Below the pieces are notes generated by a model. It searched no databases. It saw only the letters and a list, made by a program, of their open reading frames with translations, and was not told the DNA's origin. The translations under genes were made by a program, and so were the position numbers. From positions 132,184,001 to 132,248,000 of the forward strand of contig OZ024744.1 of NCBI GenBank assembly GCA_964016885.1: a stretch of DNA of 64,000 nucleotides, read 5' to 3'. Numbering within the stretch: position 1 is the stretch's first letter; each line of letters begins with the position of its first letter. Shown piece after piece: positions 10,315 through 22,516 of this stretch. The stretch comes from Eledone cirrhosa. Taxonomy: Eukaryota.

Positions 10315-13300
10315 AATCGGAGTTACGTTAAGTTGGGGTTAAGTTAAGTTAGGCTTAACTTAAGTTGGGCTTAAGTTAAGTTGGGGGTAAGTTAAGTTGG
10401 GGGTAAGTTAAGTTGGGGTTAATTTAAGTTGGGGTTAAGTTAAGTGGTGGTTATGTTAAGTTGGGGTTAAGTTAAGTTGGGGTTAAATTAAGTTGGGGTT
10501 AAGTTAAGTTGGGTGTAAGTTAAGTTGGGGTTGAGTGAAGTTGGGGTTAAGTTAAGTTGGGGTTAAGTAGAGTTGGGGTTAAGTTAAGTTGGGGTTAAGT
10601 TAAGTTGGTGTTAAGTTGGGGTTAAGTTAAGTTGGGGTTAAGTTGGGGTTAAGTTAAGTGGTGGTTATGTTAAGTTGGGGTTAACTTAAGTTGGGGTTAA
10701 TTTAAATTGGGGTTAAGTTAACTTGGTGGTTAAGTTAAGTTGGGGTTAAGTTAAGTTGGGGTTAAGTTAAGTTGGGGTTGAGGGAAGTTGGGGTTAAGTT
10801 AAGTTGGGGTTAACTTAAGTTGGGTTTAAGTTAAGTTGCGGTTAAGTTAAGTTGGGGTTAAGTTAAGTTGGGGTTAAGTTAAGTCGGGGTTAAGTTAAGT
10901 TGGGGTTGAGTTAAGTTGGGGTTAATTTAAGTTGAGGTTATGTTAAGTTGGGGTTAATTTAAGTTGGGGTTAAGTTAAGTTGGGGTTAAGTTCAGTTGGG
11001 GTTAATTTAAGTTGGGGTTAAGTTAAGTTGGGTTTAAGTTAAGTTGGGGTTAAATTAAGTTGGGGTTAAATTAAGTTGGGGTTAAGTTAAGTTGGGGTTA
11101 GGTTAAGTTGGGGATAAGTTAAGTTGGGGATAAGCTAAGTTGGGGTTAAGTTAAGTTGGGTTTAAGTTAAGTTGGGGTTAAGTTAAGTCGGGGTTATGTT
11201 AAGTCGGTGTTAAGTTAAGTTAGGGTTAAGTTAAGTTGGGGTTAAGTTAAGTTGGGGTTGAGTTAAGTTGGGGTTGAGTTAAATTGGGGTTGAGTTAAGT
11301 TGGGGTTAAGTTAAGTTGGGGTTAAGTTAAGTTGGGGTTAAGTTAAGTTGGGGTTGAGTTAAGTTGGGGTTACTTCACGTTGGGGCTAAGTTAAGTTGGG
11401 GCTGAGTTAAGTTGGGTGTACGTTAAGTTGGGGTTGACTGAAGTTGGGGTTAAGTTAAGTTGGGGTTAAGTTAAGTTAGGGTTAATTTAAGTTGGGGTTA
11501 TGTTAAGTTGGGGTTAAGTTAAGTTGGGGTTAAGTAGAGTTGGGGTTAATTTAAATTGGGGTCAAGTTAAGTTGGTGTTAAGTTGGGGTTAATTTAAGTG
11601 GTGGTTATGTTAAGTTGGGGTTAAGTTAAGTTGGGGTTAATTTAAATTGGGGTTAAGTTAACTTTGTGGTTAAGTTAAGTTGGAGTTAAGTTAAGTTGGA
11701 GTTAAGTTAAGTTGGGGTTGAGTGAAGTTGGGGTTAAGTTAAGTTGGGGTTAACTTAAGTTGGGTTTGAGTTAAGTTGCGGTTAAGTTAAGTTGGGGTTA
11801 AGTTAAGTTGGGGTTAAGTTAAGTCGGGGTTAATTTAAGTTGGGGTTAAGTTAAGTTTAGGTTAAGTTAAGTTGGGGTTAAATTAAGTTGGGGTTAAGTT
11901 AAGTTGGGGTTAAGTTAAGTTGGGGTTAGGTTAAGTTGGGGATAAGTTAAGTTGGGGATAAGTTAAGTTGGGGTTAAGTTAAGTTGGGTTTAAGTTAAGT
12001 TGGGGTTAAGTTAAGTTGGGGTTTAATTAAGTTGGGGTTGAGTTAAGTTGGGGTTGACTTAAGTTGGGCTTAAGTTAAGTTGGGGTTAAGTTAAGATGTG
12101 GTTAAGTTAAGTTGGGGTTAAGTTAAGTTGGGGTTAAATTAAGTTGGGGTTAAGTTAAGTTGGGGGTAAGGTAAGTTGGTGGTAAGTTAAGTTGGGGGTA
12201 AGTTAAGATGGGGCTAAGTTAAGTTGGGGTTAAGTTAATTTGGGGTTAAGTTAAGTTGGGGTTAAGTTAAGTTGGGGTTGACTTAAGTTGGGGTTAAGTT
12301 AAGTTGGGGTTATGTTAAGTTGGGTTTAAGTTAAGTTGGGGTTAAGTTAAGTTGGGGTTAAGTTAAGTTGCGGTTAAGTTAAGTTGGGGTTAAGTTAAGT
12401 TGGGGTTAAGTTAAGTTGGGGTTAAGTTAAGTTGGGGTTAATTTAAGTTGGGGTTAAATTAAGTTGGGGTTAATTTAAGTTGGGGGTTAAGATAAGTTGG
12501 GGTTAAGTTAAGTTGGGGTTAAATTAAGTTGGGGTTAAGTTAAGTTGGGGTTAATTTAAGTTGGGGTTAAGTTAAGTTGGGGTTGAGTTAAGTTGGGGGT
12601 AAGTTAAGTTGGGGGTAAGTTAAGTTGGGTGTAAGTTAAGATGGGGTTAAGTTAAGTTGGGGTTAAGTTATTTTGGGGTTAAGTTAAGTTGGGGGTAAGT
12701 TAAGTTGGTGATAAGTTAAGTTGGGGGTAAGTTAAGTTGGGGTTAAGTTAAGTTGGGTTAAGTTGGGGTTAAGTTAAGTTAGGGTTAAGTTAAGTTGGGG
12801 TTGAGTTAAGTTGGGGTTAAGTTAAGAGGTGGTTATGTTCAGTTGGGGTTAAGTTAAGTTGGGGTTAAGTTAAGTTGGGGTTAAGATAAGTTGGGGTTAA
12901 GTTAAGTTGGGGTTGAGTTAAGTTGGGGTTGAGTTAATTTGGGGTTAAGTTAAGTTGGGGTTAACTTAATTTGGGTTTAATTTAAGTTGGGGTTAAGTTA
13001 AGTTGGGGTTAAATTAAGTTGGGATTAAGTTAAGTTGGGTGTACGTTAAGTTGGGGTTGACTGAAGTTGGGGTTAAGTTAAGTTGGGGTTAAGTAGAGTT
13101 GGGGTTAATTTAAGTTGGTGTTAAGTTAAGTTGGTGTTAAGTTGGGGTTAAGTTAAGTTGGGGTTAAGTTGGGGTTAAGTTAAGTGGTGGTTATGTTAAG
13201 TTGGGGTTAAGTTAAGTTGGGGTTAATTTAAATTGGGGTTAAGTTAACTTTGTGGTTAAGTTAAGTTGGAGTTAAGTTAAGTTGGGGTTAAGTTAAGTTG

Positions 13301-15869
13301 GGGTTGAGTGAAGTTGGGGTTAATTTAAGTTGGGGTTCAGTTAAGTTGGGGTTAAGTTAAGTTGGGGTTGAGTTAAGTTGGGGTTAATTTAAGTTGAGGT
13401 TATTTTAAGTTGGGGTTAAGTTAAGTTGGGGTTAAGTTAAGTTGGGGTTAAGTTAAGTTGGGGTTAAGTTAAGTTGGGTTTAAGTTAAGTTGGGGTTAAA
13501 TTAAGTTGGGGTTAAGTAGAGTTGGGGTTAATTTAAATTGGGGTTAAGTTAAGTTGGTGTTAAGTTGGGGTTAATTTAAGTGGTGGGTATGTTAAGTTGG
13601 GGTTAAGTTAAGTTGGGGTTAATTTAAATTGGGGTTAAGTTAACTTTGTGGTTAAGTTAAGTTGGAGTTAAGTTAAGTTGGAGTTAAGTTAAGTTGGGGT
13701 TGAGTGAAGTTGGGGTTAAGTTAAGTTGGGGTTAACTTAAGTTGGGTTTGAGTTAAGTTGCGGTTAAGTTAAGTTGGGGTTAAGTTAAGTTGGGGTTAAG
13801 TTAAGTCGGGGTTAATTTAAGTTGGGGTTAAGTTAAGTTTAGGTTAAGTTAAGTTGGGGTTAAATTAAGTTGGGGTTAAGTTAAGTTGGGGTTAAGTTAA
13901 GTTGGGGTTAGGTTAAGTTGGGGATAAGTTAAGTTGGGGATAAGTTAAGTTGGGGTTGAGTTAAGTTGGGGTTAATTTAAGTTGAGGTTATTTTAAGTTG
14001 GGGTTAAGTTAAGTTGGGGTTAAGTTAAGTTGGGGTTAAGTTAAGTTGGGGTTAAGTTAAGTTGGGTTTAAGTTAAGTTGGGTTTAAATTAAGTTGGGGT
14101 TAAATTAAAGTGGGGTTAAGTTAAGTTGGGGGTAAGTTAAGTTGGGGGCAAGTTAAGTTGGTGTTAAGTTAAGTTGGGGTTAAGTTAAGTTGGGATTAAG
14201 TTAAGTTGGGTTTAAGTTAAGTTGGGACTAAGTTAAGTTAGGGCTAAGTTCAGTTGGGGTAAAGTTAAGTTGGGGCTAAGTTAAGTCGGGTATAAGTTGA
14301 GTTGGGGTTAAGTTAAGTTGGGGTTAAGTTAAGTTGGGGTTAAATTAAGTTGGGGTTAATTAAGTTGGGGTTAAGTTAAGTTGGGGTTAAGTTAAGTTGG
14401 GGTTAATTTAAGTTGGGGTTGTGTTAATTTGGGGTTAAGTTAAGTTGGGGTTATATTAAGTTGGGGTTAAGTTAAGTTGGGTTTAAGTTAAGTTGGGGTT
14501 AAGTTAAGTTGGGGTTAAGTTAAGTTAGGGTTAATTTAAGTTGGGGTTATGTTAAGTTGGGGTTAAGTTAAGCTGGGGTTAAGTAGAGTTGGGGTTAATT
14601 TAAGTTGGGGTTAAGTTAAGTTGGTGTTAAGTTGGGGTTAAGTTAAGTTGGGGTTAAGTTGGGGTTAAGTTGAGTGGTGGTTATGTTAAGTTGGGGTTAA
14701 GTTAAGTTGGGGTTAATTTAAATTGGGGTTAAGTTAACTTTGTGGTTAAGTTAAGTTGGAGTTAAGTTAAGTTGGGGTTAAGTTAAGTTGGGGTTGAGTG
14801 AAGTTGGGGTTAAGTTAAGTTGGGGTTAACTTAAGTTGGGGTTAAGTTAAGTTGGGGTTAAATTAAGTTGGGTTAAATTAAGGTGGGGTTAAGTTAAGTT
14901 GGGGGTAAGTTAAGTTGGGGGCAAGTTAAGTTGGTGTTAAGTTAAGTTGGGGTTAAGTTAAGTTGGGGTTAAGTTAAGTTGGGTTTAAGTTAAGTTGGGA
15001 CTAAGTTAAGTTAGGGCTAAGTTAAGTTGGGGTTAAGTTAAGTTGGGGCTAAGTTGAGTTGGGGTTAAGTTAAGTTGGGGTTAAGTTAAGTTGGGGTTAA
15101 ATTAAGTTGGGGTTAATTAAGTTGGGGTTAAGTTAAGTTGGGGTTAAGTTAAGTTGGGGTTAATTTAAGTTGGGGTTGTGTTAAGTTGGGGTTAAGTTAA
15201 GTTGGGGATAAGTTAAGTTGGGGTTAAATTAAGTTGGGGGTAAGTTAAGTTGGTGGTAAGTTAAGTTGGGGTTAAGTTAAGTTGGGGTTAATTTAAATTG
15301 GGGTTAATTTAACTTTGTGGTTAAGTTAAGTTGGGGTTAAGTTAAGTTGGGGTTAAGTTAAGTTGGGGGTAAGTTAAGTTGGGGGCAAGTTAAGTTGGGG
15401 TTAAGTTAAGTTGCGGTTAAGTTAAGTTGGGGTTAAGTTAAGTTGGGTTTAAGTTAAGTTGGGGTTCAGTTAAGTTGGGGTTAAGTTAAGTTGGGGTTAA
15501 GTTAAGTTGGGGTTGAGTTAAGTTGGGGTTTAATTAAGTTGGGGTTGAGTTAAGTTGGGGTTGAGTTAAGTGGGGGTTGAGTTAAGTTGGGGTTAAGCTA
15601 AGTTGGGGTTAAGTTAAATTGAGGTTAAGTTAACTTGGGTTTGAGTTAAGTTGGGGTTAAGTTAAGTTGGTGTTAAGTTCAGTTCAGGTTAAGTTAACTT
15701 GGGGTTAAGTTAAGTTGGGGTTGAGTTAAGTTGGGGTTGAGTTAAGTTGGGGTTAAGTTAAGTTGGGGTTAACTTAAGTTGGGGTTAAGTTAAGTTGGGG
15801 TTAATTTAAGTTGGGGTTCAGTTAAATTGAGGTTAAGATAACTTGGGTTTGCGTTAAGATGGGGTTAAG

Positions 15870-16691
15870 TTAGGTTTTTCGAAAACCTTATATAATCATT
15901 TTTATTTAGGTTCTTCGAAACACCTTATATAATCAATTTTTTTAGGTTTTTCGAAAAACCTTATATAATTAATTTTTTTATACTTTTAGAAATATTTATA
16001 TCTGATTTCAAATATTGGATTTTTTAGGTTTTTCGATAATCAATTTTTTTTAGATTTTTCGAAAAATCTTATATAATCAATTTTTTTACGTTTTTAGAAA
16101 GACCTTATATAATCAATTTTTTTATACTTTTAGAAATATTTATATCTGATTTCAAATATTGATTTTTTTTTTAGGTTTTTCGAAATACCTTATATAATCA
16201 ATTTTTTTTAGGTTTTTCAAATTACTTTATATAATCAATTTTTTTTATCTGATTTCAAATATTGATTTTTTTAGCTTTTTCGACAAAATCTTATATAATC
16301 AATTTTTTTTAGGTTTTTCGAAAAAGAATGAATTTGAGTTCATAGTCGAAATATATACTTCTGCATTAATCTTTTTACGTTTTTTTGATTTTTTTTAAAA
16401 AAACGTAAAAAATTAATGCTTTTACAAATCTTTTGAAATATTTACTTTCTAGTTTCAAATTTTGCAGATTAAATTTTTCTCGAAAAACCTAAAAAATCAG
16501 TTGTCGAAATCAGAAGTTAATATTTCGTAAAACGCAATTTGAAAAAACTCATATTAATTTTTTTTCGAAAACTTATTATATAATCAATTTTTTTATACTT
16601 TTAGAAATTTTTATATCTGATTTCAAATATTGATTTTTTTAGGTTTTTCGAAAACCCTATATGATCAATTTTTTTTAGGTTTTTCAAAAAA
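15870..16691. repeat. AT-rich island, short class (822 bp), single chimeric core
   Basis: Same termini as 4636-6254. Lacks the 225-bp block and one ~572-bp core-containing unit. Confidence 0.95.
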
Positions 16692-18933
16692 GTTACGTTG
16701 GGGTTAAGTTAAGTTGGGGTTAAGTTGAGGTTAAGTTAAGTTGTGGTTAAGTTAAGTTGGGGCTAAGTTAAGTTGGGGCTAAGTTAAGTTGGGGTTAAGT
16801 TAAGTTGGGGTTAATTTAAGTTGGGGTTAGGTTAAGTTGGGGATAAGTTAAGTTGGGGATAAGTTAAGTTGGGGTTAAGTTAAGTTGGGTTTAAGTTAAG
16901 CTGGGGTTAAGTTAAGTTGGGGTTAAATTAAGTTGGGGTTAAGTTAAGTTTGGGTTAGGTTAAGTTGGGGATAATTTAAGTTGGGGATAAGTTAAGTTGG
17001 GGTTAAGTTAAGTTGGGTGTAAGTTAAGTTGGGGTTGAGTGAAGTTGGGGTTAAGTTAAGTTGGGGTTAAGTAGAGTTGGGGTTAAGTTAAGTTGGGGTT
17101 AAGTTAAGTTGGTGTTAAGTTGGGGTTAAGTTAAGTTGGGGTTAAGTTGGGGTTAAGTTAAGTGGTGGTTATGTTAAGTTGGGGTTAACTTAAGTTGGGG
17201 TTAATTTAAATTGGGGTTAAGTTAACTTTGTGGTTAAGTTAAGTTGGGGTTAAGTTAAGTTGGGGTTAAATTAAGTTGGGGTTGAGTGAAGTTGGGGTTA
17301 AGTTAAGTTGGGGTTAAGTTAAGTTGGGGTTAACTTAAGTTGGGTTTAAGTTAAGTTGCGGTTAAGTTAAGTTGGGGTTAAGTTAAGTTGGGGTTAAGTT
17401 AAGTCGGGGTTAATTTAAGTTGGAGTTGAGTTAAGTTGGGGTTAATTTAAGTTGAGGTTATGTTAAGTTGGGGTTAATTTAAGTTGGGGTTAAGTTAAGT
17501 TGGGGTTAAGTTAAGTTGGGGTTAATTTAAGTTGGGATTAAGTTCAGTTGGGGTTAAATTAAGTTGGGGTTAAGTTAAGCTGGGGTTAAATTAAGTTGGG
17601 GTTAAGTTAAGTTGGGGTTAAGTTAAGTTGGGGTTAAGTTAAGTTAGGGTTAATTTAAGTTGGGGTTATGTTAAGTTGGGGTTAAGTTAAGTTGGGGTTA
17701 AGTCGAGTTGGGGTTAAGTTAAGTTGGGGTTAGTTAAGTTGAGTTTAAGTTAAGTTGGGGTTAATTTAAGTTGGGGTTAAGTTAAGTTGGGGTTCAGTTA
17801 AGTTGGGGTTAAGTTAAGTTGGGGTTAAGTTAAGTTGGTTTAAGTTAAGTTGGGGTTAGGTTAAGTTGGGGATAAGTTAAGTTGGGGATAAGCTAAGTTG
17901 GGGTTAAGTTAAGTTGGGTTTTAGTTAAGTTGGGGTTAAGTTAAGTTAGGCTTAACTTAAGTTGGGGTTAAGTTAAGTTGGGGGTAAATTAAGTTGGGGG
18001 TAAGTTAAGTTGGGGTTAAGTTAAGTTGGGGTTAAGTTAAGTGGTGGTTATGTTAAGTTGGGGTTAAGTTAAGTTGGGGTTAAATTAAGTTGGGGTTAAG
18101 TTAAGTTGGGTGTAAGTTAAGTTGGGGTTAAGTTAAGTTGGGTTTAAGTTAAGTTGGGGTTAAGTTAAGTTGGGGTTTAATTAAGTTGGGGTTGAGTTAA
18201 GTTGGGGTTGACTTAAGTTGGGCTTAAGTTAAGTTGGGGTTAAGTTAAGATGTGGTTAAGTTAAGTTGGGGTTAAGTTAAGTTGGGGTTAAATTAAGTTG
18301 GGGTTAAGTTAAGTTGGGGGTAAGGTAAGTTGGTGGTAAGTTAAGTTGGGCGTAAGTTAAGATGGGGCTAAGTTAAGTTGGGGTTAAGTTAATTTGGGGT
18401 TAAGTTAAGTTAGGGTTAAGTTAAGTTGGGGTTGACTTAAGTTGGGGTTAAGTTAAGTTGGGGTTATGTTAAGTTGGGTTTAAGTTAAGTTGGGGTTAAG
18501 TTAAGTTGGGGTTAAGTTAAGTTGCGGTTAAGTTAAGTTGGGGTTAAGTTAAGTTGGGGTTAAGTTAAGTTGGGGTTAAGTTAAGTTGGGGTTAATTTAA
18601 GTTGGGGTTAAATTAAGTTGGGGTTAATTTAAGTTGGGGGTTAAGATAAGTTGGGGTTAAGTTAAGTTGGGGTTAAATTAAGTTGGGGTTAAGTTAAGTT
18701 GGGGTTAATTTAAGTTGGGGTTAAGTTAAGTTGGGGTTGAGTTAAGTTGGGGGTAAGTTAAGTTGGGGGTAAGTTAAGTTGGGTGTAAGTTAAGATGGGG
18801 TTAAGTTAAGTTGGGGTTAAGTTATTTTGGGGTTAAGTTAAGTTGGGGGTAAGTTAAGTTGGGGTTAATTTAAGTTGGGGATCAGTTAAATTGAGGTTAA
18901 GATAACTTGGGTTTGCGTTAAGATGGGGTTAAG

Positions 18934-20552
18934 TTAGGTTTGTCGAAAACCTTATATAATCATTTTTATTTAGGTTCTTCGAAACACCTTATATAATCAA
19001 TTTTTTTAGGTTTTTCGAAAAACCTTATATAATCAATTTTTTAATACTTTTAGAAATATTTATATCTGATTTCAAATATTGATTTTATTAGGTTTTTGGA
19101 ATAATCAATTTTTTTTACGTTTTTCGAAAAATGTTATATAATCAATTTTTTTTAGGTTTTTCGAATCAATTCAATTTTTATAATCAAATATTTTTAGGTT
19201 TTTAGAAAAACCTTATATAATCAAATTTTTTTAGGTTTTTCGAAAAACCTTATATAATTAATTTTTTTATACTTTTAGAAATATTTATATCTGATTTCAA
19301 ATATTGGATTTTTTAGGTTTTTCGATAATCAATTTTTTTTAGATTTTTCGAAAAATCTTATATAATCAATTTTTTTACGTTTTTAGAAAGACCTTATATA
19401 ATCAATTTTTTTATACTTTTAGAAATATTTATATCTGATTTCAAATATTGATTTTTTTTTTAGGTTTTTCGAAATACCTTATATAATCAATTTTTTTTAG
19501 GTTTTTCAAATTACTTTATATAATCAATTTTTTTTATCTGATTTCAAATATTGATTTTTTTAGCTTTTTCGACAAAATCTTATATAATCATTTTTTTTTA
19601 GGTTTTTCGAAAAAGAATGAATTTGAGTTCATAGTCGAAATATATACTTCTGCATTAATCTTTTTACGTTTTTTTGATTTTTTTTAAAAAAACGTAAAAA
19701 ATTAATGCTTTTACAAATCTTTTGAAATATTTACTTTCTAGTTTCAAATTTTGCAGATTAAATTTTTCTCGAAAAACCTAAAAAATCAGTTGTCGAAATC
19801 AGAAGTTAATATTTCGAAAAACGCAATTTGAAAAACTCATATTAATTTTTTTTCGAAAACATTATATAATCAATTTTTTAGAAATATTTATATCTGATTT
19901 CAAATATTGATTTTTTTAGGTTTTTCGAAAACCCTATATAATCAATTTTTTTGTACTTTTAGAAATATCTATATCTGATTTCATGTATTGATTTTTTTAT
20001 ATTTTTCGAAAAAGCTTAGATAATCAATTTTTTTAGGTCTTTCGAAAACATTATATAATCAATTTTTTTTTAGGTTTTTCGAAAAAACCTTATATAATCA
20101 ATTTTTTTTAGGTTTTTCAAATATTGATTTTTTTAGCTTTTTCGACAAAATCTTATATAATCAATTTTTTTTAGGTTTTTCGAAAAAGAATGAATTTGAG
20201 TTCATAGTCGAAATATATACTTCTGCATTAATCTTTTTACGTTTTTTTGATTTTTTTTAAAAAAACGTAAAAAATTAATGCTTTTACAAATCTTTTGAAA
20301 TATTTACTTTCTAGTTTCAAATTTTGCAGGTTAAATTTTTCTCGAAAAACCTAAAAAATCAGTTGTCGAAATCAGAAGTTAATATTTCGTAAAACGCAAT
20401 TTGAAAAACTCATATTAATTTTTTTTCGAAAACTTATTATATAATCAATTTTTTTATACTTTTAGAAATATTTATATCTGATTTCAAATATTGATTTTTT
20501 TAGGTTTTTCGAAAACCCTATATAATCAATTTTTTTTAGGTTTTTCAAAAAA
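18934..20552. repeat. AT-rich island, long class (1619 bp)
   Basis: Near-identical to 4636-6254 at offset 14298. Confidence 0.95.
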
Positions 20553-21215
20553 GTTACGTTGGGGTTAAGTTAAGTTGGGGTTAAGTTGAGGTTAAGTTAA
20601 GTTGTGGTTAAGTTAAGTTGGGGCTAAGTTAAGTTGGGGCTAAGTTAAGTTGGGGTTAAGTTAAGTTGGGGTTAATTTAAGTTGGGGTTAGGTTAAGTTG
20701 GGGATAAGTTAAGTTGGGGATAAGTTAAGTTGGGGTTAAGTTAAGTTGGGTTTAAGTTAAGCTGGGGTTAAGTTAAGTTGGGGTTAAATTAAGTTGGGGT
20801 TAAGTTAAGTTTGGGTTAGGTTAAGTTGGGGATAAGTTAAGTTGGGGATAAGTTAAGTTGGGGTTAAGTTAAGTTGGGTTTAAGTTAAGTTGGGGTTAAG
20901 TTAAGTTGGGGTTAAGTTAAGTTGGGGTTAAGTTAAGTTGCGGTTAGTTAAGTTGAGTTTAAGTTAAGTTGGGGTTAATTTAAGTTGGGGTTAAGTTAAG
21001 TTGGGGTTCAGTTAAGTTGGGGTTAAGTCAAGTTGGGGTTAAGTTAAGTTGGGGTTAAGTTAAGTTGGGGTTAGGTTAAGTTGGGGATAATTTAAGTTGG
21101 GGATAAGCTAAGTTGGGGTTAAGTTAAGTTGGGGTTAAGTTAAGCTGGGGTTAAATTAAGTTGGGGTTATGTTAAGTTGGGGTTAAGTTAAGTTGGGGTT
21201 AGTTTAAGTGGGGTT

Positions 21216-21560
21216 AACCCCAACTTAACTTAACCCCAACTTAACTTAACCCCAACTTCACTCAACCCCAACTTAAATTAACCCCAACTTCACTCAACCC
21301 CAACTTAACTCAACCCCAACTTAAATTAACCCCAACTTAACTTAACCCTGACTTAACTTAACCCCGACTTAACTTAACCCCGACTTAACTTAACCCCAAC
21401 TTAACTTAAACCCCAACTTAACTTAACCCCAACTTAACTTAACCCCAACTTGACTTAACCCCAACTTAACTCACACCCAACTTAACTTACCCCCAACTTA
21501 ACTTAACCACAACTTGACGTAAACCCAACTTAACTTAACCCCAACTTAACTTAACCCCAA
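21216..21560 (-). repeat. Inverted satellite block, type A
   Basis: Copy of 6918-7262 at offset 14298. Confidence 0.95.
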
Positions 21561-22219
21561 AGTCGGAGTTCAGTTAAGTTGGGGTTCAGTTAAGTTAGGC
21601 TTAACTTAAGTTGGGGTTAAGTTAAGTTGGGGGTAAGTTAAGTTGGGGGTAAGTTAAGTTGGGGTTAAGTTAAGTTGGGGTTAAGTTGGGGTTAAGTTAA
21701 GTTAGGGTTAAGTTAAGTTGGGGTTGAGTTAAGTTGGGGTTAAGTTAAGTGGTGGTTATGTTAAGTTGGGGTTAAGTTAAGTTGGGGTTAAATTAAGTGG
21801 GGTTAACTTAAGTTGGGTGTAAGTTAAGTTGGGGTTGAGTGAAGTTGGGGTTAAGTTAAGTTGGGGTTAAGTTAAGTTAGGGTTAATTTAAGTTGGGGTT
21901 ATTTTAAGTTGGTGTTAAGTTAAGTTGGGGTTAAGTCGAGTTGGGGTTAAGTTAAGTTGGGGTTAAGTTAAATTGGTGTTAAGTTAAGTTGGGGTTAAGT
22001 TAAGTTGGGGTTAGTTAAGTTGAGTTTAAGTTAAGTTGGGGTTAATTTAAGTTGGGGTTAAGTTAAGTTGGGGTTCAGTTAAGTTGGGGTTAAGTTAAGT
22101 TGGGGTTGAGTTAAGTTGTGGTTAAGTTAAGTTGGGGTTAGGTTAAGTTGGGGTTAAGTTAAGCTGGGGTTAAATTAAGTTGGGGTTAAGTTAAGTTGGG
22201 GTTAGGTTAAGTTGGGGTT

Positions 22220-22516
22220 AACCCCAACTTAACTTAACCCCAACTTAACTTAACCCCAACTTCACTCAACCCCAACTTAACTTAACCCCAACTTCACTCA
22301 ACCCCAACTTAACTCAACCCCAACTTAACTTAACCCCAACTTAACTTAACCCTAACTTAACTTAACACCGACTTAAACTTAACCCCGACTTAACTTAACC
22401 CCAACTTAACTTAACCCCAACTTAACTTAACCCCAACTTAACTTAATCCCAACTTGACTTAACCCCAACTTAACTCACACCCAACTTAACTTACCCCCAA
22501 CTTAACTTAACCCCAA
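22220..22516 (-). repeat. Inverted satellite block, type B
   Basis: Copy of 7922-8218 at offset 14298. Confidence 0.95.
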
